From: Octopus vulgaris
Taxonomy: Eukaryota
Reading direction: 5' to 3'
NCBI GenBank assembly: GCA_951406725.2
Contig: OX597818.1
Coordinates: 84,444,001-84,508,000, forward strand
Length of the DNA: 64,000 nt
Part shown: piece by piece, positions 12,264 through 23,503 of the stretch
Position numbering within the stretch: position 1 is the first letter of the stretch
Layout: the number at the start of each line of letters is the position of its first letter
Notes under the pieces: generated by a model
What the model saw: only the letters and a program-made list of their open reading frames with translations
What the model was told of the DNA's origin: nothing
The model's database searches: none
Position numbers and translations under genes: made by a program

Positions 12264-12894
12264 TTTCTCTTTTACTCTTTCATTTGTTTCGGTTATTTGA
12301 CTGCGGCCTTGCTGGAGCACCACCTTTAGTCGAACAAATCGACCCCAGGACTTATTCTTTGTAAACCTAGTACTTCTTCTATCGGTCACTTTTGCCGAAC
12401 CGCTAAGTTACGGGACGTAAACACACCAGCATCGGTTGTTAAGCGATGTTGGGCGGGGGGCGAACACAGACACACAAACATATACACGCACATACATATA
12501 TATATACATATATACGACTGGCTTCTTTCAGTTTCCGTCTACCAAATCCAGTAGAAGACACTGGCCCAAGGCGGTGAGCTGGCAGAATCGTTAGCACGCC
12601 GGGCGAAATGCTTAGCAGTATTTCGTCTGCCTTTACGTTCTGAGTTCAAATTCCGCCGAGGTCGACTTTGTCTTTCATCTTTGGGGATCGATAAATTAAG
12701 TACGAGTTACGCAATGGGTTCGATGTAATCGACTTAATCTCCATGGCTGTCCTTGTTTATTTCCTCTAGGTTTAGCCCCTTGTGAGCAATAAAGAAATAA
12801 GAAGACACTTGCCGAAGGTGCCACGCAGTGGGACTGAACACGGAACCATGTGGTTGGTAAGCAAGCTACTTACCACACACCCAATCCCGCGCCT
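12264..12894 (-). mobile_element. SINE family A interrupted by a family B SINE
   Basis: Family A sequence stops at 12569 and resumes at 12800. Confidence 0.9.
12570..12799 (+). mobile_element. SINE family B, full length, with 17-bp TSD
   Basis: Head ggcggtgagctggcagaatcgttagc (A-box-like), gagttcaaattcc (B-box), central gactttg.ctttcatc domain, tail caataaagaaata. TSD agaagacact(g/t)gcc(c/g)aa at 12553-12569 and 12800-12816. Confidence 0.9.
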
Positions 12895-13549
12895 GTTGGT
12901 GTCCATGTTTTCTTTTTCTTTTTTTTGTTTCTATCGTCATAGTTCTTGTTATCATTGCTGTTATTGTTGTCCTCTTCGTTGTTATTTTCTTCATTGTTGT
13001 TCTCGTTGTTGTTGCTGTTGTCCTCTTCTTGTTGCTGGTGTCGCTATTGTTGTTTGTCGTTGTTATTATTGTTCTCCTCTTGTTAATATTGCCATTGTTG
13101 TCGTTGCTATTCCTCTTGTTCTTGTTCTTGATGTCCTCCGTAGTTTTGTATTTGTTACTTTTTTTTGTTTTTGTTGTTGCTAATTGGCCTCCATATTGCC
13201 CTCCTTGTTTTACTGCTGCCGCAGGTTAAAACTTTCCTCAGACCGATGACCAAAATTATTCCAATTATGAATGACCACCATCTCTCCCCAGGCTAATGTC
13301 TATAGAACGTTATCTTAAGCATACTTCCTGTTTTCGTTTTTATTGTCTTTTTTTATTAATAATGTGTGTAATCTGGGGAAAATTTAGTAATTATTTTTTG
13401 CAAATCGTGCGAAGGCATAGAAGCATGCCTGTTGGCTAATAGTAGTGATAGCAACGTTTTGGGTATAGACCTGGGTGTGGAGTGTTAAATGTGATTGATC
13501 GATCAATCGGTCGATAGATATATAGATAGGCATACAAAGACAGACAGTT

Positions 13550-13579
13550 AGATAGATAGATAAATAGACAGACAGATAA

Positions 13580-13660
<81 letters not shown>

Positions 13661-13668
13661 CAGACAGG

Positions 13669-13746
<78 letters not shown>

Positions 13747-13822
13747 TCATCACCATCACCATCACCATCACCACCACCACCACCACCACCACCACCACTA
13801 CCACCACTACCACCACCACTAC
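13550..13822. repeat. (GATA)n followed by (CAC)n microsatellite
   Basis: Direct inspection. Confidence 0.95.
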
Positions 13823-14094
13823 TAATGAGACCAGTGCCTCTTATCGCCTTGTGTGAAACCACCCTGAATCATATAAGTTACAAATCGCAAGACAAGGACA
13901 GCAACAAATCTCTTCCCCCTCAACGATTTTAACACTCATAAGCCCCTGTTAGTAAGAGGAATCAATACTAACCTATGACCTCCCTCAAGCAATGGTTTAA
14001 GGGATCACCTTCTTGACTGAGCGATATCTTCAAAGGCACGCGTCGCTGAAAAACACCCAAGTAAGGATGATAGTAATACGTGTAATAATATTTT

Positions 14095-14467
14095 GTTAAT
14101 TTGGGGAAAAGGATAGCAATTTTGAGAGATGGGGAAATCAAATACATTGACCACAGTGCTCAACGTAATTTTTCGATCCCGAAAGTATGAAAGGCAAAGT
14201 CGATCCCGGCAGAATTTTAACTCAGAAAATTAAGATGGACGAAATACCGCAAAGCATTTAATAAAAATGATAATCCTTTCTACTATAGGCACAAGGCCAG
14301 AAGATTGTGGAGAGAGGACTAGTCGAATCCATCGACCGCAGTGTTACACTGGTACTTAATTTATCGACACCGAAAGGATGAAAGGCAAAGTAGACCTTAG
14401 CGGAATTTGAACTCGGAACGCAAACACGGACGAAATGACGCTAAGTATTTTGCCCGGCTCAATAAGG
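14095..14467 (-). mobile_element. Two tandem SINE family B copies
   Basis: ccgaaag.atgaaaggcaaagt.gac..ggc/cggaattt motif at about 14180-14225 and 14370-14415. Confidence 0.8.
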
Positions 14468-14472
14468 ATTTT

Positions 14473-14953
14473 GAAGAAGAAGAAGAAGAAGAAGAAGAAG
14501 AAGAAGAAGAAGAAGAAGAAGAAGAAGAAGAAGAAGAAGAAGAAGAAGAAGAAGAAAAAGAAGAAGAAGAAGAAGAAGGAGGAGGAGGAGGAGGATAGGA
14601 GGAGGAGAAAAGAGGAAGGAGGAGGAGGAGGAGGAGAAAAGAAGGAGGAGGAGGAGGAGGAGAAGAAGAAGAAGAAGGAGGAGGAGGAGGAGGAGGAGAA
14701 GAAGAAGAAGAAGAAGAAGAAAAAAGAAGGAGGAGGAGGAGAAGAAGAAGAAGAAGAAGAAGAAGAAGAAGAAAAAGAAGAAGAAAAAAAGAAGGAGGAG
14801 GAGGAGGAGAAGAAGAAAAGAAGAAGAAGAAGAAGAAGGAGGAGGAGGAGGAGGAGAAGAAGAAGAAGAAGAAGAAGAAGAAGAAGAAGAAGAAGAAGAA
14901 GAAGAAGAAGAAGAAGAAGAACAACAACAACAACAACAACAGCAACAACAACA
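14473..14953. repeat. (GAA)n/(GGA)n polypurine tract ending in (CAA)n
   Basis: Direct inspection, about 450 nt almost purely purine. Confidence 0.95.
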
Positions 14954-14954
14954 A

Positions 14955-15165
14955 CCTTTTCTACTATAGGTACAAGGGCTGAAATTTTGGAGGGAAAGGG
15001 TAGTCGATTACATTAACCCCCAGTGCATAACTGATACTTATTTCATCGACCTCGAAAGGATGAAAGGTAGCGTCGTCGTCTGCGAATTTCAACTCAGAAT
15101 GTAAAGACGGATGAAATGCCACTAAGCATTTTGTCCGGCCTGCTAACGATTCTGTCATCCCGCTG
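14955..15165 (-). mobile_element. SINE family B
   Basis: Tail cttttctactatagg, central tcgacctcgaaaggatgaaagg, head tgctaacgattctg. Confidence 0.85.
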
Positions 15166-15594
15166 CTAATGGATCGGGTAGTGTAGCGAAGATTGTTTTT
15201 AGGAGGGATCTAACCAAAAGCAGTGGCGTTTTATAAGCACGTAACCTTATTGCTTCGACCTGTCCTCTTTCTCCTCTTCCTCCTCTTCCGTCACTAAATC
15301 CAGACCCCTCTAATCCTGCTACCACCCCTCTTCCAATACCACCAGAACATCGTCTGTTAATCCACTAGACAGGATATCGATATGGTGACTGTTGGTGGTA
15401 TGTAAGAATGGATTTCAATGGTTGCATCAATGAAAGTGGTGGTGGCTAGAAAAGAACGGCAATAGTAGTCTTGTTATTGCTGCTGCTGTTGTTGTTGTTG
15501 GTGGTGGTGGTGGTGATGGTGGTGGTGATGTTCGTCGTCGTCGTCGTTGCAATAGCGGTGGTGATGGTTGAAGTAATGGTGATGATAGTTGCAA

Positions 15595-15630
<36 letters not shown>

Positions 15631-15697
15631 CAGAGGGGGGTCGTCGTCGTTGCAGTAGCGGTAGTGGTGGTTATAGGAGTAGTGATGATTGTTGCAA

Positions 15698-15756
<59 letters not shown>

Positions 15757-15780
15757 TTGATGGTGGTGGTGGTGGTGGCG

Positions 15781-15814
<34 letters not shown>

Positions 15815-15850
15815 AAGCAGCTATTATCATCATTATTTGCTGTAGTAGTT

Positions 15851-16072
15851 AGGCAGCAAGATGGCAAGATAGTTAGCGCGTCGATAAAAATGCTTAGCGG
15901 CATTTCGTCCATCTTTACGTTCAGGGTTCAAATTCCGCCGGGGTTGACTTTGCCTTTCATCCTTTCGGAGTTGATGAAATAAGTACCATTTGAACACTGA
16001 GATAGATGTAATTGACTAATCCCTTCCACCTAAATTTCAGGCCTTGTGCCTATAATAGGAAGGATTATTATT
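15851..16072 (+). mobile_element. SINE family B (short-tail variant)
   Basis: ggttcaaattccgccggggttgactttgcctttcatcctttcgg..tttcaggccttgtgcctataatag..attattatt. Confidence 0.85.
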
Positions 16073-16298
16073 GCTGGGACCCCTTGGTGAGTGGGATGAC
16101 AAAGATCTGTGGGACTCTTTGGTTGCTCCTAGAGGGATCTCCCTCTTTGGGGGAATTTTATTGGTTAAACTTTGTTGTAAATTGTTATTATTATTTTATT
16201 GATTATACGCGTTTTTGTGTTAGGTCCCCACTTCTCCGTAGTTTTTGCAGTGTCATTTTTGTTGTTTGTTCCGCCCTTGTTTGTGGCCAATAAAGAAA
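16073..16298 (+). mobile_element. Probable 5'-truncated LINE 3' end
   Basis: T-rich 3'UTR-like segment ending tgtggccaataaagaaa. Bounded by aagg(a)ttattatt direct repeats, a possible TSD. Confidence 0.4.
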
Positions 16299-16675
16299 AG
16301 GTTATTATTAATTGTAAAGACTGCTCCGTCGCCTTCTTTTAATCTGGAAGGGCAAACAGTTTTTATGTGTCAAGTGGCTATCGTGAAAGGCTGTATGATG
16401 GACGAGATGGAAGGAGCTGAAGACAAAGATTTGCCTCTTTAGCCAATACCTCATCAAATTCATATTTCACTTGTAGAAGAAAATAAGGACGGTCCTCCAT
16501 CCACTTTGTTAACAGGTGGATGAGAGGTGCTAACATGGTGCTAGTGAAGTGGGTTGCCCTGAGCATACGCCTATAAATCGACAAAAAGGAAATTGAGAAA
16601 AGCCATTAGAGCCAGTAGGAACTGAGAAAAATGGAGCGAAGAAGCAACATTGCCGCCACCACGGCTTGCTGCTAC

Positions 16676-16719
<44 letters not shown>

Positions 16720-16873
16720 GCGGTGTTACCTGGAGCGATAGTAATGATAGTGATGAAAGACACTGCTCCAGAAATCAGGCCACCCATGGTTTTAAGTTGT
16801 AGTTCCATAAGCAGTCCTCTCGACCCTATCGAAGAATACTCTTGTTAAAATACTAAGGCTTATGCACACACAA

Positions 16874-17297
16874 AGGTGTAGGAGCGGCTGTGTGGTAAGT
16901 ATCTTGCTTACCAACCACATGGTTCCGGGTTCAGCCCCACTGCGTGGCACCTTGGGCAAGTGTCTTCTACTATAGCCTCGGGCCGACTAAAGCCTTGTGA
17001 GTGGATTTGGTAGAAGAAAACTGAAAAAGCCCGTCGTATATATGTATATATATATATATGTATATATATTATGTGTGTGTGTGTGTGTTTGTGTCCCCCC
17101 CAACATCGCTTGACAACCGATGCTGGTGTGTTTACGTCCCCTTAACTTAGCAGTTCGACAAAAGAGACCGATAGAATAAGTACTAGACTTACAAAGAATA
17201 AGTCCTGGGGTCGATTTGCTCGACTAAAGACGGTGCTCCAGCATGGCCGCAGTCAAATGACTGAAACAAGTAAAAGAGTAAAAGAGCAAAAGAGTAA
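16874..17297 (+). mobile_element. SINE family A, full length reference copy
   Basis: ggctgtgtggtaag (A box), ggttcagcccc (B box), ggcaccttgggcaagtgtcttctactatagcc domain, internal (TA)/(TG), tail ggtgctccagcatggccgcagtcaaatgactgaaacaagtaaaagagtaaaagag. Confidence 0.93.
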
Positions 17298-17434
17298 GCA
17301 CACATACACACACTCTCACACACAAACACATACACACACGCACACACACACACAATATTTTGTCCTATGCCGTCCATAAAGGTTTTTCTGAATGTAAACC
17401 CTTTGTGGTTAATAATGATTGTAACAATAATCAG

Positions 17435-17560
17435 AGCACGCATGGCCAAATGGTTAAGGTGTTGCACTCACAGTTGCGAGATCGTGGTTTCAGTTCCTAG
17501 ATCGTGGTTTCAGTGCGCTGATTTATTGAGCAAGATACATCATCTCACGTTGCTCTGCAC
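17435..17560 (+). mobile_element. SINE family C head fragment
   Basis: gcacgcatggccaaatggttaagg..gagatcgtggtttcagttcc..ttgagcaagatac. Confidence 0.6.
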
Positions 17561-17944
17561 ATACATTTGATGTATTCGATTAACCCTCTCCCCCAAATTT
17601 CTGGCCTTGTGCCTATAGTAGAAAGGGTTGTTATTATTTCATATACGCACATTAAACTATTAAACTATTGGAACAAAGAAATTTCTAAAACCAGGCTGCA
17701 ACAAGTAACCTTAGATGCCAAGAACCTTCCTAAGCATCCCAGCTGTCCCTAATAACACTCTTTTCTAGAGCTGCACTAAACTAGATTTTATGCCTTTCTC
17801 ATCTATCCCTCTCTTCAAATCTTCAGGGAGAGTTCCTAATTCACCTATAACTATAAGGATACATTTTACAAGCACTCTACACAACCTCTGTAACTCAATG
17901 GCGAAGCCCTGTTATTTTGCTATTTTCTCAAAACCTCCCATATT

Positions 17945-18001
<57 letters not shown>

Positions 18002-18799
18002 ATGGTGGTGGTGGTGGTGGTGGTGGTCGTCGTCGTCGTCGTCATCGTAGTTCTGGTACTGGTGTTGATGGGAATGGTAAGTGTAGAAATGGAAGTTGTA
18101 GCCGTTGTGACGATTGCGTTTCAGCTGTTCTTTAAATGATTTAGTTGTCGCTGTTATTGTTGATACGTTTGTTCGTGAATGTAGTGGTGTAGGTGGTGGA
18201 TCTATGTGTGTGCCTAGATTGCTAGGTGTGTGTGTGTGTGCGTGTGTGTTTTAATGATAATCTCTATAATCGTGACACAAGACATACTCGCTGCAAAAAC
18301 GGACACTTGACAAGATAAGAGGAAGATTTTGGGCGGTAAAGGGATGCGGACGGAGTGGGTTGCAAGAAGGGGAGCAGAGGATTGAGATGGTCGAGGCGAA
18401 GAAGCTAACATTGCCGCCGCCACGGCTTGCTGCTACTGATGATGATGATGATGATGATGATGGCGGTAGTACCTGGAGCGATGGTGGTGATAGTGATTGG
18501 TGGTGGTCATACTTAGAGAGTGGTGATGGATGTGTGCGTGACAGTTAATGAGATAAATACATAAGATAGACAGATAGATAGAGAGAGAGAGAGAGAGGTA
18601 CAGACAAACAGACAGATACAGAGAGAGAGGAAGAGGGAGAGAAAGAGAGCGAGAGAGAGGGAGAGAGAGATTGAGAGAGACAGGCAGACAGACAGACAGA
18701 GACAGGATCATGCTGACTCACATATACATACAATAGTGATGCGATTGCGAAGAGGTGGAGGAACAGAAACAGGAACCAGTGCAGGAGGAGCAGGATGAG

Positions 18800-19165
18800 C
18801 AGAAGGAGGAGTAGGTAGACGCTGACAACGCTGAGGAGGAGGAAGATGAGGAGGAGATGGAGGAGGAGGAGGAGGAGAAGGAGGAGTAGGTAGACGTTGA
18901 CAACGCTGAAGAGGAGGAAGATGAGGAGGAGATGGAGGAGGAGGAGGAGGAGGAGAAGGAGGAGTAGGTAGATGTTGACAACGCTGAGGAGGAGGAAGAT
19001 GAGAGGGAGATGGAGGAGGAGGAGGAGGATGGGGGAGGAGGAAGGAAAAGAGCAGGAGGAGGAGGATGAAGAAAAAAGAGCAGCAGGAGGATGAAGAAGA
19101 AAAAAGAGCAGCAGGAGGAGGAGATGGAGCAGGAGTAGGTAGACATCGACAACGCTGAGGATGAT
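18800..19165. repeat. Minisatellite, about 72-78 bp unit with core ggagtaggtagacg(c/t)tgacaacgctga plus (GGA)n
   Basis: Four cores near 18807, 18883, 18961 and 19132. Confidence 0.85.
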
Positions 19166-19310
19166 GATGATGATGAGGAGGAGGAGGAGGTGGACAAGGG
19201 TTGCGCTATTAATCATGACAGCAACGCCAAAGTTAACAATTGCAACGATGATGGAAGTGACCGTTATTAGCATCGGATAAAAAAACGAAAAAAAAAGTTT
19301 GCGGTATTCT

Positions 19311-19530
19311 TTCACACTTTTATTCTTTTACTCGTTTCAGTCATTTGACTGCGGCCATGCTGGAGCACGGCCTTTAATCGAACAAATCGACCCCCAGGAC
19401 TTATTCTTTGTAAGCGTAGTACTTATTCTGTCGGTCTCTTTTGCTGAACCCCTAAGTTACGGCACATAAGCACGCCAACATCTGTTGTCAAGCGATGGTG
19501 GGGGGACAAACACAGACACAAATACATATG

Positions 19531-19565
<35 letters not shown>

Positions 19566-19727
19566 ACACGACGGGCTTCTTTCAGTTTCCATCTACTAAT
19601 TACACTAACATGGCTTTGGTCGGCCCGCGGCTATAGTAGAAGACACTTGCCCAAGGTGCCACGCAGTGGGACTGAAACTGGAACCGTGTGGTTGGGAAGC
19701 AAGCTTCTTACCACACAGCCGCTCCTG
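19311..19727 (-). mobile_element. SINE family A, full length
   Basis: Reverse complement of the 16874 copy. Confidence 0.9.
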
Positions 19728-19949
19728 AACATCCACTAGCTCTTTACATTGTGAGCTCAAACCCAGACGAGGTCGATTTTGACTTTTTAAAATTTTTCGG
19801 AAGTTTATAAAATAAAGTACCGACGATCAAGTACTTGGGTCCATACAACCGATAAACACCCCTCTCGGCCTAAAACTGCTGGCCTTATGCTAATACTGGA
19901 AATCAGCATTATTTTTAGGTTGGCCTGTTGGCAGAATCATTAGCACTAC

Positions 19950-19967
19950 ATGATGGTCATCGTCTAT

Positions 19968-20005
<38 letters not shown>

Positions 20006-20572
20006 CATCATCATCATCGTCGTCGTCACCACCACAACCAACACCAACACCAACAACATCGCCACTACCACCACCACCATCATCATCGTCGTCGTCGTCG
20101 TCGTCTTATTCATCACCATCAATACCATCACAGCTATCATCATCCTTAGCACCAGTACCACCATAATCATCACCATCATCACCACCACCACCATCATTCA
20201 TCATCTTCATCGTCATTATCCTCCCTACCACCACCACTACAATCCACCCTCTTCACCAACATCACCATTACCATCACCACAATCATCATTATCATCATCA
20301 CCAACGTCACCACTACCACCACTACAATCATCATTATCATCATCACCATCATCCCCATCATCACCACTACCACCACCTTAATCATCGTTATCATCATCAT
20401 CACCAGCACCACCACCATCGCCTACACCATCATCACTATCATCATCACCAGCACCACTACCACCATCACCATCACTACCACCACCATCACTTATACCATC
20501 ATCATTATCATCACCATCACCACCACCACAACCACCATCACTACGACCACCGTCACCAACACCGTCATCATC

Positions 20573-20604
<32 letters not shown>

Positions 20605-20620
20605 CAACATCATCATCATA
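19950..20620. repeat. (CAT)n/(CAC)n compound microsatellite
   Basis: Direct inspection. Confidence 0.95.
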
Positions 20621-21158
20621 GAAGTACACAGAGGATGGGGAGAAGAAAAAAAGTGAGGAGAAAATGAAAATAGCAGAATGCCTAAGAAAAGGAAGCAAGG
20701 ATTCACTTTTCCAAAAATAGATAAATAAATAAATTGATAATTAAATAAATAAACAAAGAAAAAAACTTCCTACGGTAACCGCTCGAACATGAATAATAAC
20801 AGATCACACATTAGTACTAAATGCTACAACACCAACGACACTACAATCGATTAAGGCAATTTCTTCACTCCCAACGAGCCCGCTTTCCCCCCCCCCCCCC
20901 ACTCCCCACGCCTTCCCCTTCATTTTACACAGTGTTAGAGACAAGCGGAAGTGGTCGAAGAGGTATATTTAATCAGAGGAAATAATTAACGATCATTTGA
21001 CTCTTACTTTAGGTGGAAGATAACGTGAACGGCAGGAGCAAAAACATACAAAATTGTAGTAGCAGCAATGGTGGTGGTGGTGGTGGTAGTAGTAGTAGTA
21101 GCAGCAGCAGCAGCAGCACTAGTGGTGGTATTGGTGGTGGTGCTAGCGGTGATAGTTA

Positions 21159-21193
<35 letters not shown>

Positions 21194-21565
21194 ACAGCAG
21201 CAGTGCATGGGTGGTGGTAGAAGTAGTAGTAGCAGCAGTAGCACTAGTGGTGGTATTGGTGGTGGTGCTGGCAGTGATAGTAGTAGTAGTAGTAGTAGTA
21301 GTAGTCACAGCAGCAGTGCAAGGATGGTGGTAGCAGTAGTAGTAGTAGCAGCCGCAGGAGCAGTACAAGTGGTGGTTGTGTTTGGTGGTGGTGGTGGTGT
21401 CTGGTGGTAGTGGTTATGATGGTAGTAGTAGTTGTAGTAGTAGTAGTAGTAGTAGTAGTAGTATGAGGAGGAGGAGGAGGAGGAGGAGGAGGAGATATGC
21501 AAGAATTGACGACGGCAGCGGCGGTTGTGGTGGTGCTGATGATGGCAGTGGTGGTGGTGGTGGTG

Positions 21566-21605
<40 letters not shown>

Positions 21606-21769
21606 AGCGTTAATCGAGCGAAACCTCAGGCTCATCAGTCAATGGCTGAATGACTAAACAGCATCCATTCTCGCTCATTGCGGACCATAATGTAGACTCC
21701 CAACGTTCAACGTTTTCTGGTACAGAATGACGTTGTTATTGTGGATGTAATCCGCTGCCATGTTGTCAT

Positions 21770-21936
21770 GTAGGTTTAACTAATCTGAATTGTTCTTGCC
21801 GTACATGGAAGCCCCTCACTTCTCAGTCATTTATCATTGAGCTCTTGTCTTCGAGAATCTTAGAGAAATCAGTGTTGATGCTCACGATATAAGCAAATTT
21901 TTCGACCGTGTCTTGCATGTTAGATTACGTGGTAAG
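21770..21936 (+). pseudogene. Decayed LINE reverse transcriptase fragment (CR1/L2/Jockey group)
   Basis: Manual translation from 21862: REISVDAHDISKFFDRVLHVRLRGK, similar to the RT motif E...VALDISKAFDRVWH.GL..K. Confidence 0.5.
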
Positions 21937-22019
21937 AAGTTTGCTTTCCACTTACATGGCTTCGGACTCAGTCACGCTTTGTGGTGGTGGTGGTGGTGGT
22001 GGGGGGCTTGGGCAACGGC

Positions 22020-22083
<64 letters not shown>

Positions 22084-22189
22084 TGTAGTAGTAGTAGTAG
22101 TAGTTGTAGTAGTAGTAGTAGTAGTAGTAGTTGCGGTAGTAGTAGTAGTAGTAGTAGTAGTAGTTGTAGTAGTTGCGGTAGTAGTTGCT

Positions 22190-22245
<56 letters not shown>

Positions 22246-22302
22246 TGTTGTTGTTGTTGTAGTTGCGGTAGTAGTTGCTGTAGTAGTAGTAGTAGTAGTA
22301 GT
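22020..22302. repeat. (TAG)n microsatellite
   Basis: Direct inspection. Confidence 0.95.
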
Positions 22303-23226
22303 ATGAAACAAAGTAACGCACAGAAATGATTCAGAAAAATTAGGACAACACAGGAGTGACAGAATTAAATAAACAAGGATACTAACAAAGGCTGCAAACG
22401 AGGAAAATCTCATGGAAGTATATATACATTTGTCTATAGGTTCATACATGTATAGTTCATACACACGTACGTACGCACACACACACACACATACACACAA
22501 ACACCCATACACACACAAAAACGCGCACACACACAAATATATGAGAAATGGAGTTGACAAAAACATGAGAATGTTTCGTAATCCTATCCCCCATCCCGTG
22601 TTATATCCGTCACTATGACCAATACACGTCACGTGTTTATGTTTATAGGGTTACGTTATGTACGATACGATTTGTAATAAATATTGCGAATGTTACAAGA
22701 GCGTCAACCGTTGCAGAATTGATACGAATACCTCTGCCTCAACAATCATCCGGTATGATGCCATACTGGAAATATTGCAGTCACTATCAAGGCCACAGGA
22801 AAAATTTGTGTGAAATTTAAGGATTAATGTAGCTATCCGAATTACCAAAAAAAAAGAGAGATGGAAAATTAATCCAGCTATTAATATCAGATGTGATCTG
22901 AGCAAGTGATTTAACAAACCAGCTCGCACGTACTTGCAATCCCTCATTTCACAATATTAGTATTCGGAAAATTGACTGAATTGTAACGATAATTTGTTCA
23001 GTCAGAGTTGGTTCGTCTACCGTTGTCTTCTTAAGGGAATTTGTAATCTTGTGATATAAGTTTGGAAAAAAATTTCATATCATTCAGCCTATTTTGTTTT
23101 CGTTCTGCTTCTGTTTAGAATTTATTTCTCAGCTTGCATTATAGAGAATTTCTTATGAGCTATTGCTTTATCTGCTCGATTTCACAATGATTCATGCTAA
23201 CTATAATATACTGACATATATATATG

Positions 23227-23312
<86 letters not shown>

Positions 23313-23373
23313 TGTGTGTGTATAGGGAAAGAAAGATAGGCAAACAGACAGATAATTAGACAGACAGACAGAC

Positions 23374-23442
<69 letters not shown>

Positions 23443-23503
23443 CGTATATATATATACATAATATCTATATATATAGTGACAATTATACATATATATATAT
23501 ATA

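Noticed and set aside
14397-15016. Poly-Glu/Lys/Arg ORFs
   Set aside because: (GAA)n/(GGA)n tract between SINEs.
16874-16945. tRNA genes at SINE heads (also 46270-46347, 60582-60650)
   Set aside because: A/B boxes continue into SINE bodies and no complete cloverleaf is evident.
18800-19165. CRISPR-like repeat-spacer pattern
   Set aside because: Spacers are (GGA)n low-complexity, context is eukaryotic and there are no cas genes.
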